64,000 nt of DNA, from NCBI GenBank assembly GCA_045863855.1, contig BTVV01000002.1:1-64000 (forward strand), given 5' to 3'. This document shows, one piece after another, positions 9,991-18,236 of this stretch. Within the stretch, counting starts at the first letter, position 1; each line of letters opens with the position of its first letter. Source of the stretch: Planctomycetota bacterium (GTDB taxonomy: Bacteria > Planctomycetota > SZUA-567 > H5-PLA8). The notes under the pieces were generated by a model. It made no database searches and was not told the DNA's origin. It saw only the letters and a program-made list of their open reading frames with translations. Position numbers and translations under genes: made by a program.

Positions 9991-10036
9991 TGAAGTTTGC
10001 CGTTTGAAGTTTGTTTGGTTATTGGTGTTTGCCGTA
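9991..10036. repeat. Heptameric repeat tract (GAAGTTT/GCCGTTT/GGTGTTT)
   Basis: Same units as 6681-6757. Confidence 0.6.
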
Positions 10037-10068
10037 TGCCCCTACCCCCAATACCTAACTCCTACCAA

Positions 10069-10084
10069 TGTTCCACGTGGAACA
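10069..10084. promoter_or_regulatory. parS centromere site 3
   Basis: Perfect TGTTCCACGTGGAACA ending 76 bp before the parB start. Confidence 0.95.
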
Positions 10085-10160
10085 TTTGACTATTAGAATC
10101 GCTTGACGTGGCTCCGAAACCAGCGCATATTCAGCTTCTACGCCTTAGGGGGAACCAACC

Positions 10161-11084
10161 ATGGACGCTCAACCGCCCCGCCGCGGACTCGGCGCTTTGC
10201 TCCAACGCACCACCGGTGGGGCTCCTGGTGCTCAGGCCATACCAGCCACCCTAAACCCCACGCCGATCCGCTACATTCGGCCCAATCCCAACCAGCCGCG
10301 CAAAGACTTCAACGAAACGGCGCTGGAAGAGCTGGCGGCCTCCATCCGAGCTAAAGGCATTATCCAGCCCATTGTGCTCCGCGAGCTTCCCCCTGCCGAA
10401 GTCCAGGGCGAACTGCGCTACGAGATCATCGCCGGCGAACGCCGCTGGCGAGCGTCCCAGCGCGCGGGGCTTCAGGAGGTTCCGGCCTACGTCAAGCCGG
10501 TCTTTAGCGAGAGCGAAGTGCTCCTGCTTTCGCTTATCGAGAACCTTCAGCGTGACGACCTGAACCCTATCGAAGAAGGCCTCGCGTACCAACGCTTGCG
10601 GGATACCTACCAGCTTACCCAAGACCAGGTTGCCGAAGCCGTCGGCAAAAGCCGCGTGGCGGTCTCCAATGCCATCCGGCTGTTAGAACTTCCCGAGCCC
10701 ATCCAAGAAGCCATTCGCAGCGGCAAGCTCTCCATGGGCCACGCCAAGATCCTGATGAGCGTGCCCGACCGGAAGCTCCAGCTTCACCTCTCGGCCAAGA
10801 CCCAGGCCGAAGGGTTGACCGTCCGGCAGCTCGAAATCTTTGCCGTGGGCGACGACGAAGCCGCGACGACGGAAGCGGTCACCGAAGAAGTCACCCGCGG
10901 TCCGGCCCGTCTGCCGCGCACCAAACCCGACCATATCCGCAGCATTGAACGCAAGTTGAGCGAGCATCTGGGCACACGGGTGAAGGTCGAGGAAGGCGCC
11001 CGGAAGGGTAAGATCGTGATTGAGTTCTATTCGGTTAAAGACTTCGATCGCCTGACCAAGCAGATGGGCCTGAAAGACGAATAA
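10161..11084 (+). CDS. parB: Chromosome partitioning protein ParB/Spo0J
   Basis: 'RRGLGALL' N-terminal motif, 'PNPNQPRKDF', GERRWRA CTP-binding motif, 'IENLQRDDLNPIEE', HTH, C-terminal 'KGKIVIEFYS'. Confidence 0.97.
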   Translation: MDAQPPRRGLGALLQRTTGGAPGAQAIPATLNPTPIRYIRPNPNQPRKDFNETALEELAASIRAKGIIQPIVLRELPPAEVQGELRYEIIAGERRWRASQRAGLQEVPAYVKPVFSESEVLLLSLIENLQRDDLNPIEEGLAYQRLRDTYQLTQDQVAEAVGKSRVAVSNAIRLLELPEPIQEAIRSGKLSMGHAKILMSVPDRKLQLHLSAKTQAEGLTVRQLEIFAVGDDEAATTEAVTEEVTRGPARLPRTKPDHIRSIERKLSEHLGTRVKVEEGARKGKIVIEFYSVKDFDRLTKQMGLKDE

Positions 11085-11315
11085 CCTAATATATTGCTAA
11101 CATAGACTTACATAAATTTGCACGCGTGCAACGTTTTTCAGGTGCTCGATTTCTATCTCTCACGCTTGCGAGGAATCGCCGATCTGCGTATAAAGGTCGT
11201 GCTTAAAAGCCTTTTCAGAACTCGGCGCCTTTCGGTCCCAAAGACCGCGCTGGGCCAGTCGTATCTGTGATGCCGTTTTGGGCGGCGGCTGGCGCGTGGT
11301 TTTAAGGAGCTTCAC

Positions 11316-11771
11316 GTGGACGCAGCGGAAGAAACTCGTGGCGAACGCTGGGCGCGCCGAGTGCGGCATGCGTTGAGCGCCGCCGTGGTGGCGTTGGTCG
11401 CGCTGCTCGCGTTGGATGCGGTGCGCGGCGAAGGGCTCTTCAGCGTTCCGCCGGCACAAGCGACGGCGATCGCGGCGGCTCCGAATTTCATCACGCTTTC
11501 CACGCCCACGGGCGCGAACAGTTTCTACATCATCGACAGCGCGGAAGAGGTGATTTGCGTGTACCAGATGCGCGGCGACACGCTGCGCCTGGTGAGCGTG
11601 CGGAACTTCACCAAAGACACGGACATCATGGACAGCAGCATCGAGACGATCCGCGGGTCCGACGGCAAGCCGATCAAGATCGAAGGCGGTTCGGGCGTGA
11701 CGACGCAGGAGGCGAAGGAGTACGCCGACCAGCTTCAGAAGTACATGGAAGACGCCGAGAAGAAGCGCTGA
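11316..11771 (+). CDS. Hypothetical exported/membrane-anchored protein (paralogue A)
   Basis: Hydrophobic N terminus; 'ICVY...LRLVSVR...IEGGSGVT' shared with the next gene. Confidence 0.75.
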   Translation: MDAAEETRGERWARRVRHALSAAVVALVALLALDAVRGEGLFSVPPAQATAIAAAPNFITLSTPTGANSFYIIDSAEEVICVYQMRGDTLRLVSVRNFTKDTDIMDSSIETIRGSDGKPIKIEGGSGVTTQEAKEYADQLQKYMEDAEKKR

Positions 11772-11798
11772 GCGGGCCGGACCAGGGGAGACGGTACG

Positions 11799-12173
11799 AT
11801 GGGCAAGCAATCGAAAACATGGCTGCAGAACGCGGGGCTGGCGCTGCTGCTGGGCCTGTTGAGCTGCGCGTATTTCGCATCCCCCGCGTCCCCGGTGCAG
11901 GCGGCCGGCGGCGGTTGGGAAACGAACAACATCATGGCGCTGACGACGGATCCGGGCGAGCGCCTCGTGCTGGTGGATACGCGCAAGAAGACGATCTGCA
12001 TCTACAAGAACCTCGGCGCGGGCCAATTTCGTCTGGTCGGCGCGCGTTCCTATAAGTACGATGTGGCGGTGAAGGATTCGGCCAAGACACCCATCGAACG
12101 CGGGAACGGCGTGACGTACCTGCAAGTCAAGCAAATGCTGGATGCCGCGGCGGCGCAAACGCCCGGACAATAG
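11799..12173 (+). CDS. Hypothetical exported protein (paralogue B)
   Basis: GGGGAG RBS; signal peptide; 'ICIY...FRLVGAR...IERGNGVT' shared with the upstream gene. Confidence 0.8.
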   Translation: MGKQSKTWLQNAGLALLLGLLSCAYFASPASPVQAAGGGWETNNIMALTTDPGERLVLVDTRKKTICIYKNLGAGQFRLVGARSYKYDVAVKDSAKTPIERGNGVTYLQVKQMLDAAAAQTPGQ

Positions 12174-12257
12174 GGTAGATTATCCAACGGGCGGGTATCG
12201 CGGCGCGCGCGCCGCAATCCGCATACGGGGCCAGGCCGGAGCAAGGAGCGACTTACG

Positions 12258-13271
12258 ATGGCGAACGGCGAACTGATCGATGCACGTGCGGCGATGGACA
12301 TGCTGGGCATCGACGAGAACAAATTGCAGACGCTGGTCGCGCGCGGCGACCTCCGCGCCTTCCGCTCGGCCGGGACGATGAAGTTCCGCCGCGAGGACGT
12401 CATGGGGCTGAAGACCGAGAAGGGCACCGAGCCGACGATCATCATTCCGTCGGCGGGTCCGCGCAAGCCGGGCCAGTCGGGCATCCTTTCGGCGATCGAC
12501 GCGCCTCCGGCCGGCGGCAGCGGCATCTCGCCCGCCGCGCGGCAGCCCGGCGGCAGCGGCATCTCCCCCGGCGCGCCCAGCAACGAACAGACCGGCACGA
12601 TCGTCTTCGACGACATCGATTTCGTGCCCACCGACGATGCGATGTCCACGCAGCAGCAGACGGTAGTGGGCTCGGCGATCACCAGCGGTGTCGGCGATGC
12701 CGCGACGATGGTCGATCAACGCGCGGTCGGCGGCGAGCAGACGGGCGAAATGACGGTCGTCGACAACGAAGCCCTGGACGAAAATGCGGTCAGCACCGGC
12801 CCGGCGATTCCGGTCGGCGCGCCGCCCGCGACAGGATCGGGTCCGCGTCCGGCGGCGATGGCGCCGGCTCGCGCTCAGTCCCGCGTCGGTTCTTCGGTCG
12901 GTCCGGCCGTCTCCCGCGTCCGCGCGGGCGTCAGCGGCGCGGCCACCGTGGCTCGCCGCACCGCCACGGTTTACGAAGTCAAGACCGCGCACCCGATCAT
13001 GACGGCCGTCCTGATCCTCAATACGCTCGTGTTGCTCTTCACCGGCAGCATCTTCGGCGTGATGCTCTTCAAGGGCCACTACGACTACGATCAGCTTTCC
13101 GAAGAAGGCAGCAAGCAGCGCATTATCCCGCCTTACCTGACCAAGCAGGAGGGGTTGGGGATTTACGAAGGGATGTATACGGGCAGCCTTTTCGGCTCGT
13201 TGCCGGGTAACCCGGCCGATCCGAAGCCGGCCGGCGAACCCTTTAGCGGCGAAAGCAGCTCGGAAGAGTAA
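12258..13271 (+). CDS. Excisionase/MerR-like HTH domain protein with disordered linker and C-terminal transmembrane helix
   Basis: AAGGAG RBS; N-terminal 'AAMDMLGIDENKLQTLVARGDLRAFRSAGTMKFRREDV' HTH_17-like; TM 'IMTAVLILNTLVLLFTGSIFGVMLF'. Confidence 0.8.
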   Translation: MANGELIDARAAMDMLGIDENKLQTLVARGDLRAFRSAGTMKFRREDVMGLKTEKGTEPTIIIPSAGPRKPGQSGILSAIDAPPAGGSGISPAARQPGGSGISPGAPSNEQTGTIVFDDIDFVPTDDAMSTQQQTVVGSAITSGVGDAATMVDQRAVGGEQTGEMTVVDNEALDENAVSTGPAIPVGAPPATGSGPRPAAMAPARAQSRVGSSVGPAVSRVRAGVSGAATVARRTATVYEVKTAHPIMTAVLILNTLVLLFTGSIFGVMLFKGHYDYDQLSEEGSKQRIIPPYLTKQEGLGIYEGMYTGSLFGSLPGNPADPKPAGEPFSGESSSEE

Positions 13272-13297
13272 CTTCCGTTTTTCACTCGGCTTACCAA

Positions 13298-13329
13298 GCC
13301 CCGGCGCGAACCGCCGGGGCATTTTTTTT
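13298..13329 (+). terminator. Rho-independent terminator
   Basis: GCCCCGGCG-CGAAC-CGCCGGGGC stem followed by A and a T8 tract. Confidence 0.9.
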
Positions 13330-13507
13330 GCCCATCTGCGGCGCTACGCCGACTCGGTTTTAATTTATTGCTGGTATTCCGGCCCTTGGTGCGTCCAGTA
13401 GGGTCGGCGGTGCGTGGGGCCGCTTATCGAAATCCTGAAAGTCACGTCGCCGAACAGGTTTGCACAACGAGCGGGGGTTGCCTTAGCCGATACTGACGGG
13501 TACAACC

Positions 13508-15535
13508 GTGCGTCTTAGGCACATGTGGGGGAGTACGGGATTGCTTCAGGGTACGCGAAAGAGTACTGGGTCGAACGCTGGACTCCGGATCGCCTTCCTT
13601 ATACTGGCGGTTGGGGTATGCACGGGTGGGATTCGAGCGGAGCAGTCGGCGCCTTCGTTTCCAGACCGCACTCTGAAAGTGGCCGTGCTGCCCTTTGCCG
13701 CGGTGGGGCCGCGCGCGGGTGAGCCGCCGCCGATTCCTCCTTTCTCCTGGGACCAGAGCGTCCTGGTGCGCGAAGGCGCGAGCTTCATTTATTCGATCGA
13801 AGGGTTCGACCCGGGCTTCAATCCGGTCAGCATCGTCCGCAGCGTGCCGCCGGTGGTGGAATTAGATCCGGCGGTCAGCACCTTCGAGTTCACTTCGGTG
13901 GTCGTCTCGAACTGGGAGCGGCGGAATAACCAGGCGCTCCTCCAGGTGCCGACGCTGCTGCCGACCTTTTTTTCCGATACGACCTCCTTCGACGTTCACG
14001 TGGGTGAGCTTTCGGATACCGCGACCGACTACGCGCTGACGGTCAAGGTGAATCCGCCCGGCGACTTCAAGCCGATCCGCCCGCGCCCGACCTTGACCCG
14101 CAGCGCCGGCTTCATTTTTCCGCCCGGTAATATCGTGCGCTACCAGTGGACGGGGCAGGGGAGCGAGTACCAGCCGGACTTCCTGGTGGATTTTTCTGGC
14201 CGCACCGGCGCGGCCGAGACGTCCGGCGTAACCAGCAGCACCGTCGTCAACCGGCGCGCGATCAAGGTCCGCCCGTTGGTGCTCGGGCACCATCTGATGC
14301 TGGTAACGCCCTGGAACCCTCACGTTAACGCCATCGAGCGGCAGCGCGGATCGCAGAGCAACGGGGCGATCTTCGAGTGCGGCTTCGGCTCCGCCAACCT
14401 GGCGCCGGTGACCGACGGATTGCTGGCGGATACCTTTTTTCCTGCGGCCGGCGCGCCGGTCTCGGGCGTGACGCCCAACGCCGTCGATCCGGAGACGGCC
14501 ACCAACGCGTTCGCGGGTTCGGAGATCGATTGGGGCGATGGCACGGTCGATAACCTGGACACGCATACGTACACCGATCCGGGCATCTTCAAGGCGGTGG
14601 CGCAAGTCGAGGACCCCGACGACGCGATGCTCTTCGGGCAGGCCGAAGACCTGTTCGTCGTTGACGCGACGCTGGTGCGTTCGGTCGGTCCCGGCGCGCC
14701 GGCCGGCACGACACCGCGCGTCACCTGCTCGGTTTCGAAGCAGATTCCGATCCGCGAAGGCGGGATCGGCGAAGAGCACAAGGATACGCTGACGATGCGC
14801 TGGACGGGCATCGGCGCGGCGCCCGGCGAATGGGTGGTTTTCGCGCTGAACCGCAACCGCTTCGGGCGCATGCCTACCGATCCTGTTCCCGGCATCGGGG
14901 AGATCGACGACCGCATCATCCTGGGCGCCAACCGGCGCTGGAGCGGGCGCGCGCCGAATGCCGAGATCCTCAAGGTTTCGGCCACCGCCACCAGCATCGT
15001 CTGCACGGTCCAGAAGGCCGACCTCGACCGCACCGGCGATCCGCGCTTGGGCGGCGTCGAGACGAAGGACGATTTCCTGAACCAGCTCGTCGCGATCTGC
15101 ATCGTCCCGGCCGACTTGAATCCCTCCAATACGCGCTGCTACCGCATGGATCCGGACGACGTGCTGCGCTTGACGGCTCAAGGCGGCAAGGAAACCGGGT
15201 TCTTCGATCCGGAGATCAAGATTACGGCGAAATCGTACGCGCCCAAGCCGCTGCTGAAGCTGCTGGATCCCAACGGCAGCGAGATCCTGCAGGGCGGCGA
15301 TACCTTCGACGTGACCTGGCAAAGCTTCGGCGCCGTGGGCAACGTCGATCTGACCTTCAGCGACAACAATGGCAAGACGTGGCAAGATCTGGCCATCGAT
15401 ACGCCGAACGACGGCGTGGAGACGGTGACGATCCCCGCCGTGGCGAGCAACAAGTGCCGCGTGCGCATCCGGCCCAACGGCCTCACCAAGCCCGAAGACA
15501 AGAGCGACAAGAATTTTATCGTGGTCGTGCCGTAG
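13508..15535 (+). CDS. Secreted protein with PKD domain and C-terminal Ig-like domain
   Basis: Signal-like hydrophobic stretch; 'IDWGDGT...HTYTDPGIF' PKD motif; C-terminal 'PNGSEIL..GDTFDVTW...SDNNGKTW...SDKNF' beta-sandwich; start uncertain. Confidence 0.7.
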   Translation: MRLRHMWGSTGLLQGTRKSTGSNAGLRIAFLILAVGVCTGGIRAEQSAPSFPDRTLKVAVLPFAAVGPRAGEPPPIPPFSWDQSVLVREGASFIYSIEGFDPGFNPVSIVRSVPPVVELDPAVSTFEFTSVVVSNWERRNNQALLQVPTLLPTFFSDTTSFDVHVGELSDTATDYALTVKVNPPGDFKPIRPRPTLTRSAGFIFPPGNIVRYQWTGQGSEYQPDFLVDFSGRTGAAETSGVTSSTVVNRRAIKVRPLVLGHHLMLVTPWNPHVNAIERQRGSQSNGAIFECGFGSANLAPVTDGLLADTFFPAAGAPVSGVTPNAVDPETATNAFAGSEIDWGDGTVDNLDTHTYTDPGIFKAVAQVEDPDDAMLFGQAEDLFVVDATLVRSVGPGAPAGTTPRVTCSVSKQIPIREGGIGEEHKDTLTMRWTGIGAAPGEWVVFALNRNRFGRMPTDPVPGIGEIDDRIILGANRRWSGRAPNAEILKVSATATSIVCTVQKADLDRTGDPRLGGVETKDDFLNQLVAICIVPADLNPSNTRCYRMDPDDVLRLTAQGGKETGFFDPEIKITAKSYAPKPLLKLLDPNGSEILQGGDTFDVTWQSFGAVGNVDLTFSDNNGKTWQDLAIDTPNDGVETVTIPAVASNKCRVRIRPNGLTKPEDKSDKNFIVVVP

Positions 15536-15550
15536 CGAGCCCGTACGCGC

Positions 15551-15859
15551 TTACTGAAAATCCTTTACGTCGCACAACCGCGAGAGCGCCACGACGCGCG
15601 CCATGGGGATGTAGGTCAAATCGCGATTGGCGCGCACGCCGATCTTGCGCGCTTCGTGGGCGTAACGCTCCTTATTAAGCCCCGACGGCCGGATCTCGTG
15701 GATATCCACCTGGCTTAAACACAGGAACTCCCGGTCGCCGTGCTCCAGCTTGCCCAGGAAAACGTAGTGCGTATCGGTGTCCACGATCACCACTTCGCCC
15801 AGCAACGGGCGCAGCGCTTCGGGGGTCGAACCGGATGGGAAGGGGGGGAGGGCGGTCAT
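15551..15859 (-). CDS. Small hypothetical protein, Sm/LSm-like fold
   Basis: 'LLGEVVIVDTDTHYVFLGKLEHGDREFLCLSQV' resembles Sm1; 'YIPMARVVALS' resembles Sm2; GAGGAG RBS before ATG 15859. Confidence 0.6.
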   Translation of the reverse strand: MTALPPFPSGSTPEALRPLLGEVVIVDTDTHYVFLGKLEHGDREFLCLSQVDIHEIRPSGLNKERYAHEARKIGVRANRDLTYIPMARVVALSRLCDVKDFQ

Positions 15860-15970
15860 GGGGCGCTCCTCGCAAGCCAAAGACTACGGACGCGGTACGG
15901 CAAGATACGAAGTACATCGTGAAACGTAAAACGTGAATACGGCCGGATTCGGCCGACTGCGCCGCCCGCT

Positions 15971-16795
15971 TTACGCCTCGCCTACCGTCCCCAAAAACTG
16001 CACCGTTGCGTTCACCATCGGGCGGATCTCTACGTCGTCGATGCGGTCCCAAAAGGCTTCCAGGCGCAGGCATTCCAAGCGCGTCTGGGGACCGAGGGCC
16101 TGGATCAGGCGTTGGCTGTCGGGTTGGGGGCCGTCGCGCAGGGTGATCTGAAGCAGCAGGGTGGGGCAGGGGAGCGGCCCAGGGGGCTGTCCGTTGACGC
16201 CCCCGCTGGGCGAGAAGAGATCCACGGCTTGGACGTCGTCGAGAAAGGCGCGCGCGGCGGCGAAGCCGTCGAGGTCCACGAGATCGGACGCGGCGGCGGA
16301 GACGGGCGCCGGCGCATCGGCGCCGGCGGTGATTTCGGCGCGCATCTTGGCGCGCAGGCGCCACTGGCGTTCCTGGGTGCGCCCTTGGGCGAACGGAGCC
16401 AGCGCCACCACGGCGGCAGGGCGCAACGACCGTGCCTGCTGCAAAACGAGCGTGCCGCCCAGGCGCAATCCGGCCACCGCGACGTTCGCCGAACCGCTCA
16501 GCGTTTTGAGCCGTTCGACGGCCGCGGCCAGATCGGCGGCCAGATCGGACCAGCGCCGCAGGGCGGGCGCGCCGCCCGATTCGCCGCTGCCGCGGTAATC
16601 GAAGCGCAGGACCGGATGTCCGGCCGCCGCGCACGACCGCGCCAGCGCGCAGAGCGCGCCGTAAGCGCTTTTGCGTTCCTCGAAGAAGCTCGGCGCAACG
16701 ACCAGCGGCACGCGTGCCGACGTATCGGGCGCGTGGTAGACGCCGTACAACGGCACACCGTCGCGCGCCTGGAAGTAGCCGGGGGTTTCGGTCAT
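15971..16795 (-). CDS. Alpha/beta-fold hydrolase (exosortase-associated hydrolase 2-like)
   Basis: 'PSFFEE', 'LRFDYRGSGESGG', nucleophile elbow GLRLGG (Arg in place of Ser). Confidence 0.75.
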   Translation of the reverse strand: MTETPGYFQARDGVPLYGVYHAPDTSARVPLVVAPSFFEERKSAYGALCALARSCAAAGHPVLRFDYRGSGESGGAPALRRWSDLAADLAAAVERLKTLSGSANVAVAGLRLGGTLVLQQARSLRPAAVVALAPFAQGRTQERQWRLRAKMRAEITAGADAPAPVSAAASDLVDLDGFAAARAFLDDVQAVDLFSPSGGVNGQPPGPLPCPTLLLQITLRDGPQPDSQRLIQALGPQTRLECLRLEAFWDRIDDVEIRPMVNATVQFLGTVGEA

Positions 16796-16883
16796 CGAGA
16801 TTTCGTTAAACCACGGAGGTACGGAGCAAACTCGTTCCCGTCCGTCCTGCCGCGCTCCGATTCCGTGTTGCAACGTCCTTTCG

Positions 16884-17873
16884 TCAAACCAGCAGACCGT
16901 CGATCTCCGCCAGCTCCGCCTCGGTCAGCGGGGCATCCTTGAGGATCTTCACGTTCTCCTCGAGCTGCGCGACTTTGCTGGCTCCGATCAGCGCGCTGGT
17001 GACGCGCGGATCGCGCAGCACCCATTGCAGCGCCAAGCGCGCCAGCGATTGTCCGCGGCGTTCGGCGAAGGCGTTGAGCTTGACCAGCTTGGCGCGCAGT
17101 TCGGGCGTGATGCGCTCCTTTTTCAGGAAGCCGTGCTTCTTGCTCGCCCGGCTGTCCTTGGGGATGTCCTTCAGGTAGCGGTTGGTGAGCAAGCCCTGGG
17201 CGAGCGGGCAGAAGGCGATCACGCCGACGCCTGCTGCACCGGTGACGGGCAGGAGATCCTTCTCGATGCCGCAGTTGAGCATGCTGTAGCTGGGCTGGTG
17301 GATCGTCAGCGGCGTGCCGAGTTCCTTCATGAGCGCCACGGAATCCTTGGTGCGCGCACCGTTGTAGCTGCTGACGCCCGCGTAGATCGCTTTGCCTTGG
17401 CGGACAACCTGGTCCAGCGCGCCGAGGCTTTCGTCCAGCGGCGTATCGGGGTCCGGCCGGTGATGGTAAAAAATGTCCACATACTCGAGCTTCATGCGCT
17501 TCAGGGACTGTTCGAGGCTGGTGACGAGGTACTTGCGGCTGCCCCATTCGCCGTAGGGACCGGGCCACATGCGGTAGCCAGCTTTGGTGCTGATGACCAG
17601 TTCGTCGCGGTAGGCCTTGAAGTCGCTCTTGAGAATCTTGCCGCAGTTGATTTCGGCGCTGCCGGGCGGCGGGCCGTAGTTGTTGGCCAAATCGAAGTGC
17701 GTGATGCCCAAGTCGAAGGCGCGGCGGAGCATGGCCTTGGCCGTCGCGAAGGAGTCGACGCCGCCGAAGTTGTGCCACAGCCCCAGCGAAATGGCCGGGA
17801 GTTTCAAACCGCTCGTGCCGCAGCGGTTGTAGGTCATCGCTTCGTAACGTTTCTCGGAAAAGGCTTTGGCCAT
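16884..17873 (-). CDS. gpr: L-glyceraldehyde 3-phosphate reductase-like aldo/keto reductase
   Basis: 'SGLKLPAISLGLWHNFG', 'ITHFDLANNYGPPPGSAE', 'STKAGYRMWPGPYGEWGSRKY' signature of YghZ/Gpr. Confidence 0.9.
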   Translation of the reverse strand: MAKAFSEKRYEAMTYNRCGTSGLKLPAISLGLWHNFGGVDSFATAKAMLRRAFDLGITHFDLANNYGPPPGSAEINCGKILKSDFKAYRDELVISTKAGYRMWPGPYGEWGSRKYLVTSLEQSLKRMKLEYVDIFYHHRPDPDTPLDESLGALDQVVRQGKAIYAGVSSYNGARTKDSVALMKELGTPLTIHQPSYSMLNCGIEKDLLPVTGAAGVGVIAFCPLAQGLLTNRYLKDIPKDSRASKKHGFLKKERITPELRAKLVKLNAFAERRGQSLARLALQWVLRDPRVTSALIGASKVAQLEENVKILKDAPLTEAELAEIDGLLV

Positions 17874-18198
17874 GGCGCGGGCTCCTCGAGTACGGGGCTG
17901 CTAGGGTCAGCCTCACTGTACCCCAAGCGCTTTGGACCGCCATGCGGCACACGCTAGGGGTCTTCGAAGCTAGATCAAAAAATATCTAGTTGAGGACAAT
18001 TTTTAAAACAAGGCAAAACGCGAATGCCAGATCAATGGGTTGGATGGTAATTATATAAATCTTTTATATACAACAACTTACATTATAGGCGATAGCTATA
18101 AGTAACCGCTTAGAGTGCTCGTCAGGGTTTAAACTCACAATGCACGTGTTATAAATCGAGCTTGAAATTCAAATTTACTCCGCTATGAGCCTTTTATA

Positions 18199-18213
18199 TG
18201 AAAACCATTCTCA
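18199..18213. promoter_or_regulatory. Putative Fur-type operator
   Basis: TGAAAACCATTCTCA matches the 7-1-7 Fur core TGATAATnATTATCA with 3 mismatches; lies just upstream of the likely ATG (18237) of a TonB-dependent receptor, at the end of an AT-rich promoter region. Confidence 0.5.
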
Positions 18214-18236
18214 TCAAAGAAAGGCGGGTCTCTGCC

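Noticed and set aside
9180..10160. DnaA-box cluster defining oriC
   Set aside because: No TTATCCACA-type boxes found by eye, so oriC is not called as a feature
18198..18236. ORF-track start of the TonB receptor at 18198
   Set aside because: Overlaps the Fur-like box and lacks an RBS; ATG 18237 has a purine-rich upstream sequence and gives a normal signal peptide
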